Shown one piece after another: positions 29,742-39,637 of a stretch of DNA of 64,000 nucleotides. The stretch's first letter is position 1. Each line of letters starts with the position of its first letter. The notes below the pieces were generated by a model. The model was not told the DNA's origin, ran no database searches, and worked only from the letters and a program-made list of their open reading frames with translations. Source of the DNA: Deinococcales bacterium (lineage in GTDB: Bacteria; Deinococcota; Deinococci; Deinococcales; JAAFIG01); the NCBI GenBank assembly GCA_031414595.1, contig JANNVX010000106.1, positions 1 to 64,000 on the forward strand, read 5' to 3'. A program made the position numbers and the translations under genes.

Positions 29742-30170
29742 ATGCGAATTTACTTTTTAATAGTCGTATTGCTTTCTGGTCTTGCCTTGGCACATTCTCA
29801 ACTTAAATCCAGTACCCCAAAAGATGGCAGCACCGTCAAAACCGCCCCAAAAACTGTGAATCTTGAGTTTAATGAAGGGATTGAATTAGGATTTTCGACG
29901 ATTCGAGTGATTAAACTGCCGATTGCTGTAACGATTCAAGACCATCACCAAGCCGACACCGCCGCCGAGAAGTTCTTGCCTAAAATTAAAAGCGCTGAAC
30001 TCGAGAAAATTCGGGTGGATACTGGTTCTACTCCTAAAACTGGTCAAAGCAAAAAAGTCAGTCTTGCCTTAAAGCCCTTAAAAGCTGGTTGGTACGGTGT
30101 CATCTGGCGGGCGCTTGGCACAGACACCCACCCTGTCAGTGGCGTGATGACCTTTCGGGTGAAACCATGA
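29742..30170 (+). CDS. copC: CopC-family periplasmic copper-binding protein
   Basis: Signal peptide then mature N-terminal His (AHSQL.SS.P..G), L.FNE and Y.V.WR....DTH...G...F.V motifs. Confidence 0.85.
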   Translation: MRIYFLIVVLLSGLALAHSQLKSSTPKDGSTVKTAPKTVNLEFNEGIELGFSTIRVIKLPIAVTIQDHHQADTAAEKFLPKIKSAELEKIRVDTGSTPKTGQSKKVSLALKPLKAGWYGVIWRALGTDTHPVSGVMTFRVKP

Positions 30171-30189
30171 ACAAGTTGGGTTTATACCG

Positions 30190-30615
30190 ATGATACCTTG
30201 GTTTTTATATGCAGCTTGGACACAAAGCCTGATTGCCACAGTGGGCAGTTTGTACTTTTCGGAAATTATGCGTTTGCCACCTTGTAGTCTATGTTGGTAT
30301 CAAAGAATTTTTATGTACCCTTTGGTGTTTATATTGGCTGTTGGCATTGCCTCGAGTGACCGCCGTGTGCTTTGGTACGCCTTGCCAATGGCAGTTACGG
30401 GTTGGTTGGTCGCGGTCTACCACAATCTTTTGTACTACAAAATTATTCCCGAAGGTTTTACGACCTGTGCGGCTGGGGTTTCTTGTACTTCTAAACAAAT
30501 CGAGTGGCTTGGCTTTATTACCATCCCACTTTTAAGTCTAAGTGCTTTTACGGTTATTCTCGCCCTTCTGGTTGGTTCTGCTGTGCAGAAAGGAAAAAAT
30601 CATGTCAAATCCTAA
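30190..30615 (+). CDS. Disulfide bond formation protein B (BdbC-like)
   Basis: GSLYFSE...PCSLCWYQRI.MYP motif, a second Cys pair, and GFITIP. Confidence 0.92.
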   Translation: MIPWFLYAAWTQSLIATVGSLYFSEIMRLPPCSLCWYQRIFMYPLVFILAVGIASSDRRVLWYALPMAVTGWLVAVYHNLLYYKIIPEGFTTCAAGVSCTSKQIEWLGFITIPLLSLSAFTVILALLVGSAVQKGKNHVKS

Positions 30616-31270
30616 GCCCATTGTTATTCTTGGTATTATTGCAGCCGTTGCTATTGCCGCAACCATTGGTATTCTAACCCTTGCCAACAATGCCAGCCGC
30701 TCGAGTACCCCAAGCGTTGCCGAAAGCACCTTAATCAGAGCCGATGCTCCAACCACAGGCTTTGAAACTGCCAAGGTCACACTGGTTGAATTCCTTGACC
30801 CTGAATGCGAGGCTTGTGGGGCGATTCATCCTTTGGTCAAAGAACTCAAAGCCAAGTACGCCGATAAAATGCGTTTTGTGGTGCGTTATATGCCCCTCCA
30901 CAGCAACAGTGTTCTGGCTGCCAGCGCGATGGAAGCGGCTGGCGAGCAAGGAAAATACTGGGAGTACATGGACATTATTTACCGCGCTCAGAGCGAATGG
31001 GCACCGCCTCACGATGGCAGTCCTGCGAAAATCCAGCCTCGAGCCGCGTTTATTCAGTATGCTGGGTATTTAAGTTTAGACAAAGCACTGTTTGAAAAAT
31101 CAATGGACGACCCGAAAAAAGCGGCTAAAGTGGCTCGAGACCGCAACGACGCAATAGCGGCAGGGGTTCAAGGCACACCAACTTTTTTCTTAAACGGTGC
31201 AAAAGTTGAGCTTAAATCCCAAGGTGATTTAGAAGCCGCGATTCTACGGGCGATAGCCAGCGCCAATTAG
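30602..31270 (+). CDS. DsbA/BdbD-like thioredoxin-fold protein
   Basis: EFLDPECEAC and GVQGTPTFF motifs; N-terminal membrane anchor. Confidence 0.9.
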   Translation: MSNPKPIVILGIIAAVAIAATIGILTLANNASRSSTPSVAESTLIRADAPTTGFETAKVTLVEFLDPECEACGAIHPLVKELKAKYADKMRFVVRYMPLHSNSVLAASAMEAAGEQGKYWEYMDIIYRAQSEWAPPHDGSPAKIQPRAAFIQYAGYLSLDKALFEKSMDDPKKAAKVARDRNDAIAAGVQGTPTFFLNGAKVELKSQGDLEAAILRAIASAN

Positions 31271-31364
31271 CGCTAACGTGACTGTTTTGATTCTTTTGGC
31301 AGTCTTGCCAATTGTTGTAGCATGAGTTGCTGGTTCTGCTGGTGTGTTCTAAAGGGAGAAATGT

Positions 31365-32573
31365 ATGAAAAAAATAGTATTGGTTATCTCAAGTTTGCTG
31401 TTTTCAACAGCCTTTGCCCAAAACGAATTCCCAGAATTTAGACTTAAACTCTCAACTTTCGAGCCTTTTATCGCCAGTGGGCGTTTACAACAAGAAATTA
31501 TTGTTAAAAACTTTGCCTTAAACCCACAGCTTGTTCAGCGCAGCCGTAATTTTGGCAAAATCAGCAGCGCCTTAACCCCCGAACTTGAACGGATTTATAC
31601 AGCCGTCCCTCGAGATTCTACAAATGCACGTTTTGTCGCACTCGAGAATGGTAATTGGGTGGCGCGTCAACAAAGTGCTTGGACTGTGAATATCGAAAAA
31701 ACCAATGCCAATTTGTACAAAGCCATTATCGAAGGCAAATCCGAAGCCGAGCTTGCTTTAGAGGTCACACGCCCAAAACGCAATACCGAAGATTATGCCG
31801 CTCAAGGTATTTTGCAACGCTTTGGCGGGGGCGAAAGTGCTTTTTATCGTTCACGCACGGCTCGAGTTCAGAACATCATCGCAGGTAGCCAAATTATTGA
31901 TAACACGATTATTCCAGCCGAAGAAGAATACGATTACAATGCCAATCTTGGTGATATTTCGCAAGCTCGAGGTTTTGTGGACGGCTATATCATTGCCAGT
32001 GGCACACTTAAAAAAGAAATTGGCGGTGGCATTTGCCAAATTAGCACCACGGTTTGGCGAGCCGCTTATTTATCAGGTTTACCGATTACAGCCCGAAGCA
32101 ATCACAGTTACCGCGTTAGTTATTACGAAATGGCAACCCGCAATTTTGCCCCTTCAATTGGTTTTGAAGCCACAGTTTACAGTCCGTACAAAAATCTGCG
32201 TTTTAAGAATGACACTGGCTCGAGTCTACTGATGCAAGTCACGGTTAATCCGCGTCGTTACACCATGCGTGTAGACTTATTTGGGGCAGCCCCAGACCGC
32301 AAAATTAGTCTTGCTAAGCCAGTTTATTTTGCCCGTAAAGCCCCAGCCGCAGACCGCTTCCAAGCCGATGCTACTGTGCCGCTTGGACGTACAAGGCAAC
32401 TCGATAGTCCTGTGGCGGGTATTTCGGTGCGTCAAAACCGCACCGTGCGTTACAACAACGGTACGGTTCTAACTGATGTGACGCGCAGCACCTATGTGCC
32501 GTGGGGAGCGATTTTCTTGGTCAATCCGCTTGACCCGCGTATGGCTAAACCCGTGGCTCGAGTCAGTCCTTAA
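31365..32573 (+). CDS. VanW-family secreted protein
   Basis: Signal peptide; R..NI, GGGICQISTT, R.NHS and ATV....NLRFKNDTG motifs. Confidence 0.9.
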   Translation: MKKIVLVISSLLFSTAFAQNEFPEFRLKLSTFEPFIASGRLQQEIIVKNFALNPQLVQRSRNFGKISSALTPELERIYTAVPRDSTNARFVALENGNWVARQQSAWTVNIEKTNANLYKAIIEGKSEAELALEVTRPKRNTEDYAAQGILQRFGGGESAFYRSRTARVQNIIAGSQIIDNTIIPAEEEYDYNANLGDISQARGFVDGYIIASGTLKKEIGGGICQISTTVWRAAYLSGLPITARSNHSYRVSYYEMATRNFAPSIGFEATVYSPYKNLRFKNDTGSSLLMQVTVNPRRYTMRVDLFGAAPDRKISLAKPVYFARKAPAADRFQADATVPLGRTRQLDSPVAGISVRQNRTVRYNNGTVLTDVTRSTYVPWGAIFLVNPLDPRMAKPVARVSP

Positions 32574-32678
32574 ATTCGTATGAACCTTGTATTTATCGAA
32601 TGCTAAAACGTATTTGCATTGGTGTCTGTACGCATTATCCCCTTGTACTGAAACTTGAGAAGTCGCACAATAAGCTTT

Positions 32679-33788
32679 ATGAACTCAAAACATCAGCAAT
32701 TGGCAGAGGTTCTTGTCTCACATTCGACCAAACTCAAAGCCGGAGAACGGGTCTTAATCGAAGCCTTTGACATCCCCGAGAGCTTACTCGAAACCCTGAT
32801 AGACCGCGTTGCCCAAGCGGGCGCGATTCCTTTTGTAGATACCAAACACAACCGTGTACTGCGAAAACTCTATATGAATGCCACCGAAGAAATGATGATG
32901 CGCTGGTCTAGTTGGGAAGCCGAACGGATGCAGCAAATGGATGCCTACATTGGCATTCGTGGTAGCAACAATGCCCTCGAGATGTCGGATGTACCGGGCG
33001 AACGGATGAAACACTACCAAACCCATATTTGGGGCAAGGTGCATCGTTACCGTGTAGATCACACCAAATGGGTGGTTTTGCGTTATCCAAGTTCATCTTT
33101 TGCCCAGAGCGCTGGCATGAGCAGCGAGGCATTTGAAGAATTTTACTACAATGTTTGTACCCTCGATTATGCCAAAATGCACCAAGCTCAGCAACCGCTT
33201 AAAAAACGAATGCTCGAGACCGATAAAGTGCGTTTAACAGGGCTAAACACCAACCTCGAGTTTAGCATCAAAGACATTGGCGCAGTCACATGCAGTGGCG
33301 AGCGCAACATCCCAGACGGCGAAATTTATTCTTGTCCAGTCAAAGATAGTGTCAATGGCACAATACACTACAACACGCCAACGCTGTATCATGGAGTGCG
33401 TTTTGAAAACATTGCCCTCGAGTTCAGAGATGGAAAAATCGTCAATGCCACCAGCAACAATACTGCTCGCTTAAACGAAATTCTTGATTCGGACGAAGGC
33501 GCACGCTACATCGGCGAATTTGCGATTGGTTTTAATCCGTACATCACTAAGCCAATGCTGGATATTTTATTTGATGAAAAAATTGCTGGGAGTTTCCACT
33601 TTACGCCCGGACAAGCCTATGAAAACGCCGACAATGGCAATCGCAGCGCGGTGCATTGGGATATGGTTTTTATTCAAACCCCCGAGTACGGTGGCGGCGA
33701 AATGTTCTTTGATGGGCAACTGATTCGTCAAAATGGTTTGTTCGTTCCAAGCGATTTGCACAGCTTAAATCCAGAAAACCTCAAATAA
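32679..33788 (+). CDS. Aminopeptidase, M29 (AmpT/AmpS-like)
   Basis: NIPDGE, IGEFAIG, LFDEKIAGS.H..PG.AY and SAVHWD motifs. Confidence 0.92.
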   Translation: MNSKHQQLAEVLVSHSTKLKAGERVLIEAFDIPESLLETLIDRVAQAGAIPFVDTKHNRVLRKLYMNATEEMMMRWSSWEAERMQQMDAYIGIRGSNNALEMSDVPGERMKHYQTHIWGKVHRYRVDHTKWVVLRYPSSSFAQSAGMSSEAFEEFYYNVCTLDYAKMHQAQQPLKKRMLETDKVRLTGLNTNLEFSIKDIGAVTCSGERNIPDGEIYSCPVKDSVNGTIHYNTPTLYHGVRFENIALEFRDGKIVNATSNNTARLNEILDSDEGARYIGEFAIGFNPYITKPMLDILFDEKIAGSFHFTPGQAYENADNGNRSAVHWDMVFIQTPEYGGGEMFFDGQLIRQNGLFVPSDLHSLNPENLK

Positions 33789-33803
33789 GTGCTAACCTAA
33801 GTC

Positions 33804-34862
33804 ATGAAAGGCTTAATTCCAGCCGCCGGTCTGGGGACTCGTTTGCGTCCCCTGACTTATACTTTACCTAAACCGCTCTTAAGTGTTGCCAATAAACCGA
33901 TTATTCAGTATGCCATTGAGGATTTACGCAAGGCGGGCATTTGTGAGGTTGGGATTATTGTCTCCGATTTTGTCAAGGCTGCCCTCGAGAAAGAGGGGCT
34001 TGAAGTCGAAGGGGTAGAGATTTCTTATATCACCCAAAAAGAACAATTGGGTATTGCCCATGCGGTTAAACAGGCTGCTGATTGGCTTGATGGCGCAGAT
34101 TTTTGTTTGTACTTATCCGATAATTTATTTGAAGAAGGGGTCTCGAGGTATGTCTCGAGTTTTTTAGAAGGCGATGTGGATGGTGTGATTGCCTTAGTGC
34201 AAGTGGACAACCCCAAGGAATTTGGCGTAGCGGTGCTTGACAGCGCTGGCAAGGTGCAGAAAATTCTCGAGAAGCCGCAAAACCCACCGAGTAACTTAGC
34301 CGTGGCTGGGGTCTACTGCTTTAAGAATAAAATCCTTGAAGTGATAGATGGTTTAAGCCCGTCGGCTCGAGGCGAGTACGAAATTACTGATGCGATTAGT
34401 GGCTTGATGAAAATTGGCAGTATTCGCGGGCTAGAAGTTCAAGGTTGGTGGAAAGACACTGGGAGACACGATGACCTGCTCGATGCCAACCGCTTACTGC
34501 TCGAGCGGATTGAACCCGTTTCTAAGGGGCAACTCGAGAACACCCGAATTGTTGGACGGGTGCGAATCGAAACTGGGGCAGTCATTAAAAACAGCACGAT
34601 TATCGGACCTGCTTTAATTGGCAGAGGCGCAACTTTAGAAAATGTCTATGTCGGACCTTTTACCAGTATTGGCGAAGGGGCAAGCCTTAAAAGTGTTGAG
34701 CTTGAATTTAGTATTATTCAAGAAGAAGCCCGTTTAGAAGACATTCCCGTGCGTTTACACGAGTGCCTGATTGGACGCAAAGCGATTGTACGCGGCTCGA
34801 GTAAAGTGCCTCGGGTGCATCGTTTGGTTTTATCCGATGCCAGTGTAGTTGAACTGGGATAG
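33804..34862 (+). CDS. Glucose-1-phosphate thymidylyltransferase, long form
   Basis: AAGLGTRLRPLT..PK, EKP, SARGEYEITDA and WWKDTG motifs, plus a hexapeptide-repeat C-terminus. Confidence 0.88.
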   Translation: MKGLIPAAGLGTRLRPLTYTLPKPLLSVANKPIIQYAIEDLRKAGICEVGIIVSDFVKAALEKEGLEVEGVEISYITQKEQLGIAHAVKQAADWLDGADFCLYLSDNLFEEGVSRYVSSFLEGDVDGVIALVQVDNPKEFGVAVLDSAGKVQKILEKPQNPPSNLAVAGVYCFKNKILEVIDGLSPSARGEYEITDAISGLMKIGSIRGLEVQGWWKDTGRHDDLLDANRLLLERIEPVSKGQLENTRIVGRVRIETGAVIKNSTIIGPALIGRGATLENVYVGPFTSIGEGASLKSVELEFSIIQEEARLEDIPVRLHECLIGRKAIVRGSSKVPRVHRLVLSDASVVELG

Positions 34863-34868
34863 TGGCTG

Positions 34869-36074
34869 CTAGGAATCTTGCTCGAGGCGCTTAAAACCGA
34901 TGTAAATGGCAAGGTCATAGCTAATTTTTAAGATACCTCCCAAAACAAAAGGCAGCACCAAAAAACCCGCGTTCCACATCAAACCACTTAAAACAGGTCC
35001 TAAGCTCGTACCAATCAGTTTACCTTGTTGGGTCATCCCACCAGCTAGGCTGCGTTGTTCTTCTGGTACAACATTCATGACCAAGGCGGTTCGGGCTGGA
35101 ACATCCATTTGTGATAAGCAGAACCGAGCAATCAATAAGCCAATCGCCCATTCAAGATTTGGCGCAAATGGAAAAAGCAGTAAAAATACATTGGCTGGAA
35201 TGTGTGTCCAGACCATGGTGTTGACCAAGCCCCAGCGTTCGGCTAACCAGCCAGCCAGTGGTGTAGACAAAGCCGCCACAATGTTGGTTGCGGCAAAAAT
35301 TGCTCCGAGCATCCCTGCCCCGACAGCAAAACGATTCTCTAAGTACAAGGCAATCAATGACTGCATCACCAAAGCGCTGCCGAGTGAATCTAGGGCAAAT
35401 AAACTCGAGAGGTGCAAAATCGTGCGTTTTGTTTGACTGTCTAGCGGAACAGCACGATGGCTCGAGCCAAAAGACGGGGTTTCGATTCGTTTTGACAACC
35501 GAGAAAAAATCAGCACCAAAAGTAAACTAACCGCCGCATAACCCAAAAAAACCTGTTGCTCTGCCACGATTTCCAAAACACCATTTTGCTTTTGAGATTC
35601 AACTGCCAAACCTGCCAGAATTGCACCGAGGGCGGCACTTAACGAACCTGCCATGGCGTACCAACCAAAAACCCTTGCTCGGCGCTTGGCTGGAATGACT
35701 TGCGAAACACAGGCTTGCTCGAGGGCTTGAAACGGACCGACTTCGTTGCCATTGGGCGAAATCGTGCCAATAATCGCGCAGACCACCAACCATAAGGCAT
35801 CTTGAGAATAGGCAAAACCAATTCCAGCCACCGCAATTAGGGCGGTGCTGTACATCAGTAAGCGTTTGCGCCCAAAAGAATCGGCTATTCTTGTCACCAG
35901 CAACGACAAGACTGCATCGCCGACCAATGCCAAGGACAACAGCAAACCAATTTGGGCTTCGGGCAAACCACGGGCTTTTAAGTAACTGGTCAGCACCACA
36001 GGCAACGCCCCAAACCCCAGAAGGCGTACACTTCTGGACATAAACAAAACCACCAAATCCGAATCGAGCCGCAT
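34869..36074 (-). CDS. MFS transporter
   Basis: 12 TM segments; ADSFGRKR, ISP.GNEVGPF and SQMDVP.R motifs. Start is 36074 or 36080. Confidence 0.88.
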   Translation of the reverse strand: MRLDSDLVVLFMSRSVRLLGFGALPVVLTSYLKARGLPEAQIGLLLSLALVGDAVLSLLVTRIADSFGRKRLLMYSTALIAVAGIGFAYSQDALWLVVCAIIGTISPNGNEVGPFQALEQACVSQVIPAKRRARVFGWYAMAGSLSAALGAILAGLAVESQKQNGVLEIVAEQQVFLGYAAVSLLLVLIFSRLSKRIETPSFGSSHRAVPLDSQTKRTILHLSSLFALDSLGSALVMQSLIALYLENRFAVGAGMLGAIFAATNIVAALSTPLAGWLAERWGLVNTMVWTHIPANVFLLLFPFAPNLEWAIGLLIARFCLSQMDVPARTALVMNVVPEEQRSLAGGMTQQGKLIGTSLGPVLSGLMWNAGFLVLPFVLGGILKISYDLAIYIGFKRLEQDS

Positions 36075-36099
36075 CTTCACAGCATAAGCTGCTTATCCC

Positions 36100-36128
36100 T
36101 TGAGAAACAAAAACACTTATGCTAGTGT
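36100..36128 (+). promoter_or_regulatory. Putative sigma-70 promoter of rpsP
   Basis: TTGAGA, a 17-bp spacer ending in TG-C, then TAGTGT. Confidence 0.45.
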
Positions 36129-36230
36129 TTTGAAGCTGTCGGCACGACGCATGGCTGCTGGAAATGCCGAAAAGTAATGTTGCGCTCCGTCGCGTGACAC
36201 CCTCAAAATCGCGTAGGAGTGTATAAAAAA

Positions 36231-36482
36231 ATGGTTAAAATTCGTCTCACTCGTCTGGGCAACGCCCACAACCCGCACTACCGTTTAATCGTCGTGGATG
36301 CCAAGCAAAAACGCGATGGTGGCTACTTAGAGAACTTGGGTCACTACGATCCACGTAAAACCACCGAGAACTGGCTTAATATCAACACCGAACGTGCCAA
36401 ATACTGGCTTGGGGTTGGCGCTCAAGCCTCCGATACGGCTCGCCGCTTAATGAAACAAGCTGGCGTTTACAAAACTGCTTAA
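36231..36482 (+). CDS. rpsP: 30S ribosomal protein S16
   Basis: [10 protein letters not shown]...P.YR.IV.D....RDG...E.LG.YDP and YWL.VGAQ.SD motifs. Confidence 0.98.
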   Translation: MVKIRLTRLGNAHNPHYRLIVVDAKQKRDGGYLENLGHYDPRKTTENWLNINTERAKYWLGVGAQASDTARRLMKQAGVYKTA

Positions 36483-36491
36483 GGTTTAATT

Positions 36492-36528
36492 AAAAAAATC
36501 CCCCTCGAGTCTCGAGGGGGATTTTTTT
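36492..36528. terminator. Bidirectional terminator built from two CTCGAG
   Basis: Perfect palindrome AAAAAAATCCCC-CTCGAG-T-CTCGAG-GGGGATTTTTTT. Confidence 0.85.
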
Positions 36529-36624
36529 GTGCGGTTTTGCAGTCATTCCCTTGCTTGACCTTTCCGATTTTTGTATTCCTGTGCTACCCTACCAACAATT
36601 GTTGGTCTTTAAGGGGAATGATTT

Positions 36625-39510
36625 GTGAGTACACTTGTAATTGTTGAATCGCCAGCCAAGGCGAAAACCATTGGGAAATTCCTTGGGCGTGGTTATGTGG
36701 TCGAGTCCAGCTTTGGTCATATTCGTGATTTGCCCAAAGGTGCGGATGAAGTCCCAGCCAAGTACAAAGGCGAGGCTTGGGCAAGACTTGGCTTAAACAT
36801 CGAAGCGGGGTTCGAGCCACTCTATATTGTCAGTGCCGAGAAAAAAGCCCAAGTTGCCAAACTAAAAGCCCTTGCCAAAGACGCGACCGAAATTATTCTG
36901 GCGACCGACGAAGACCGTGAAGGCGAAGCGATTGCCTGGCATCTGTTTGACGAGTTAAAACCAAAAGTGCCAGTCAAACGGATGGTTTTTCATGAAATTA
37001 CCAAAGAAGCCATTGACCACGCCATTTCGCACCCTCGAGCGATTAACACCAACATGGTTCAAGCCCAAGAAACCCGTCGTGCCTTAGATAGGTTATACGG
37101 CTATGAAGTTTCGCCTGTTCTTTGGAAAAAAGTCAGACCATCTCTCAGCGCTGGACGAGTCCAGAGCGTGGCAACACGCTTAATTGTTGAACGCGAACGC
37201 GAACGCATGAGTTTTGTACCAAGCGCTTGGTGGGACATCGAAGCCCAATTTAGCACCGCCAAAAACGAACGTTTCCCCGCGACACTCTACGAACTGAACG
37301 GTAAACGCCTTGCTTTGGGTAAGGATTTTGACTCGAGCGGCAAGTTTATCGGCGAAGGTAAAGTCGTGCGGCTTGATGAAACCCAAGCTCGAGAACTCGC
37401 CCAAGCCCTGCGCGGTGTGCCGTTTGGTGTCCTCAGCACCGAAGAAAAACCATTTACCCAACGCCCCTATGCACCATTTATCACCAGTACCTTGCAACAA
37501 GAAGGAGCGCGTAAACTCGGCTTTGGCACACAACGTACCATGCGAACTGCCCAGCGCCTGTACGAGGGCGGCTACATCACCTATATGCGTACTGACAGCA
37601 CCAACCTCTCCAAAGAGGCACTGAGTGCGGCTCGAGCGCAAGTGGTGGACTTATACGGACAAGAATACCTGCACCCCACACCACGCACCTACGAGAAAAA
37701 AGTCAAAAATGCTCAGGAGGCACACGAAGCCATCCGCCCAGCCGGTGAGCGTTTCCGTACCCCGCAAGAGGTGCGAGCCGAACTAGGCGACGATGAATTT
37801 AAGATTTACGACCTGATTTGGAAACGCACCGTGGCTTCGCAAATGGCAGATGCTCGAGGACGCAGGCTCTCGGCGCGAATTGGCGGGACTGCCACCGATG
37901 GGCAGAGCGCCGTGTTTAATGCCACTGGTAAAGTGATTGATTTTGCGGGCTTCTTACGCGCCTACGTCGAAGGTTCAGACGACCCAGAAGCCGCCCTCGA
38001 GGATAAAGAAGTGATTCTGCCAGCATTAAATGCCAAAGACCCAGTACGCGCCGAAAAACTCGAGCCAAAAGGTCACAGTACCCACGCTCCAGCCCGTTTT
38101 ACCGAAGCCAGTTTGGTGCAAGGACTCGAGGAACGCGGCATTGGCAGACCCAGCACCTATGCCAGTATTATTCAAACGATTCAAGATAGGGGTTACGTCT
38201 TTAAGCGCGGACAAGCTCTGATTCCGACTTTCACTGGTTTTAGTGTGGTGCAACTGCTCGAGCAGCATTTTAGTCAGTTGGTGGATTATGGTTTTACCGC
38301 CCGAATGGAAGACGACCTTGACCATATTTCGATGGGTGAGCAAAAGCGCATCCCGTATCTCGAGAAGTTCTACTCGAGCGAAAACGGCTTAAAAAACCAA
38401 ATAGATTCTCGGCTCGAGTCCATAGACCCAAGGGTGGTTTGTGCTGTCCCCGTGCCGCAGCTTGCTAACAGTGGTATCGAAGTACGGGTTGGGCGTTATG
38501 GACCATTCCTTAAACGCGGCGAAGAAAACGGCAATATCCCCGATGACCTTGCGCCCGACGAACTGAGTTTAGAAAAAGCCGAAGAATTACTCAGTAAGAA
38601 ATCCAGTGACCGAATTATTGGTATTGACGGCCAAACCAATCAAAATGTCTATGCCAAAAACGGACGTTTTGGTCCTTATGTACAACTGGGCGAAACTGGC
38701 ACACCGACACTTAAAAATGCTTCGTTATTTCCAACGGATAAACTCGAGGAACTCAGTCTCGAGCGAGCCATGTTGTTACTTTCCCTGCCTCGGCACGTCG
38801 GTGACTTGGAAGGCGAAGAAGTCTGGGGTTACAACGGCAAGTTTGGACCTTACCTGAAAAAAGGCAAGGACTCGAGAAGCCTGACCCGTCACGATGAACT
38901 GTTTAGTGTCAGTATCGAAGAAGCGGCTGGCATTTTTGCCCAACCCAAAACACGCGGACGCGGCACACCCAAAGAACCCGTCCAACGTTTTGAATACCCA
39001 GACCGAGCGCCGATAAACTTGCTTGATGGACGGTTTGGACTGTACTTATCGGACGGCGAACTGAACGCTTATCTGCGCCGCGAAGATAACGCCCAAGCCC
39101 TTGATGCGGCTTCGGTTCGCAGTATCTTTGAAGAACGTGGCAAACCGCCAAAAGCCAAAGCTGCTAAAGTTTTGACCAGCAAAAAAACGGCTGCCGCGCC
39201 AAAAGCTGCTAAAGCTGCAACCAAAAAAGCCAGCAGTAAAAAACCAGCCGCCAAGAAAAAAACCGTCAGTAAAACCACCAAAGCCGACGCGCCCGCTAAG
39301 GAAAAACCACTTTGGGCAGACCTCGAGCCATTCACCAAAGAATTTGACCCGACTACCGCCCAACTCTTAAAGCTGATTAACGGCGAACGAATTCCGATGG
39401 CAGATGCAGCCCAAAAACTCCGCATCAGCCCAGAAGATGCAATGAGTCGGTACAGAGCCAGTAATTTTAAGTTGTATAACTTGTATAGAAAAGCAAAAGT
39501 GGCTGTTTAA
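36625..39510 (+). CDS. topA: DNA topoisomerase I with Topo_C repeats, Lys/Ala-rich tail and terminal HTH-like domain
   Basis: VIVESPAKAKTI, ATDEDREGE, SAGRVQS, GYITYMRTDS, EAHEAIRP and GIGRPSTY motifs; GRYGP/GRFGP repeats in place of Zn ribbons. Confidence 0.97.
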   Translation: MSTLVIVESPAKAKTIGKFLGRGYVVESSFGHIRDLPKGADEVPAKYKGEAWARLGLNIEAGFEPLYIVSAEKKAQVAKLKALAKDATEIILATDEDREGEAIAWHLFDELKPKVPVKRMVFHEITKEAIDHAISHPRAINTNMVQAQETRRALDRLYGYEVSPVLWKKVRPSLSAGRVQSVATRLIVERERERMSFVPSAWWDIEAQFSTAKNERFPATLYELNGKRLALGKDFDSSGKFIGEGKVVRLDETQARELAQALRGVPFGVLSTEEKPFTQRPYAPFITSTLQQEGARKLGFGTQRTMRTAQRLYEGGYITYMRTDSTNLSKEALSAARAQVVDLYGQEYLHPTPRTYEKKVKNAQEAHEAIRPAGERFRTPQEVRAELGDDEFKIYDLIWKRTVASQMADARGRRLSARIGGTATDGQSAVFNATGKVIDFAGFLRAYVEGSDDPEAALEDKEVILPALNAKDPVRAEKLEPKGHSTHAPARFTEASLVQGLEERGIGRPSTYASIIQTIQDRGYVFKRGQALIPTFTGFSVVQLLEQHFSQLVDYGFTARMEDDLDHISMGEQKRIPYLEKFYSSENGLKNQIDSRLESIDPRVVCAVPVPQLANSGIEVRVGRYGPFLKRGEENGNIPDDLAPDELSLEKAEELLSKKSSDRIIGIDGQTNQNVYAKNGRFGPYVQLGETGTPTLKNASLFPTDKLEELSLERAMLLLSLPRHVGDLEGEEVWGYNGKFGPYLKKGKDSRSLTRHDELFSVSIEEAAGIFAQPKTRGRGTPKEPVQRFEYPDRAPINLLDGRFGLYLSDGELNAYLRREDNAQALDAASVRSIFEERGKPPKAKAAKVLTSKKTAAAPKAAKAATKKASSKKPAAKKKTVSKTTKADAPAKEKPLWADLEPFTKEFDPTTAQLLKLINGERIPMADAAQKLRISPEDAMSRYRASNFKLYNLYRKAKVAV

Positions 39511-39525
39511 GGCTTAAACTCAAGG

Positions 39526-39558
39526 CTCGAGACCTGTGCATCAGGGTCTCGAGTTTTT
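39526..39558 (+). terminator. Terminator with CTCGAG stem
   Basis: CTCGAGACC ... GGTCTCGAG followed by TTTTT. Confidence 0.75.
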
Positions 39559-39637
39559 GTCAACAGTTTGGGAAATTTTCGTAGGAGCATTGATTTTTAA
39601 GTAAAATCGCTTCTAAAATTACGGTAGACTGCACGAC

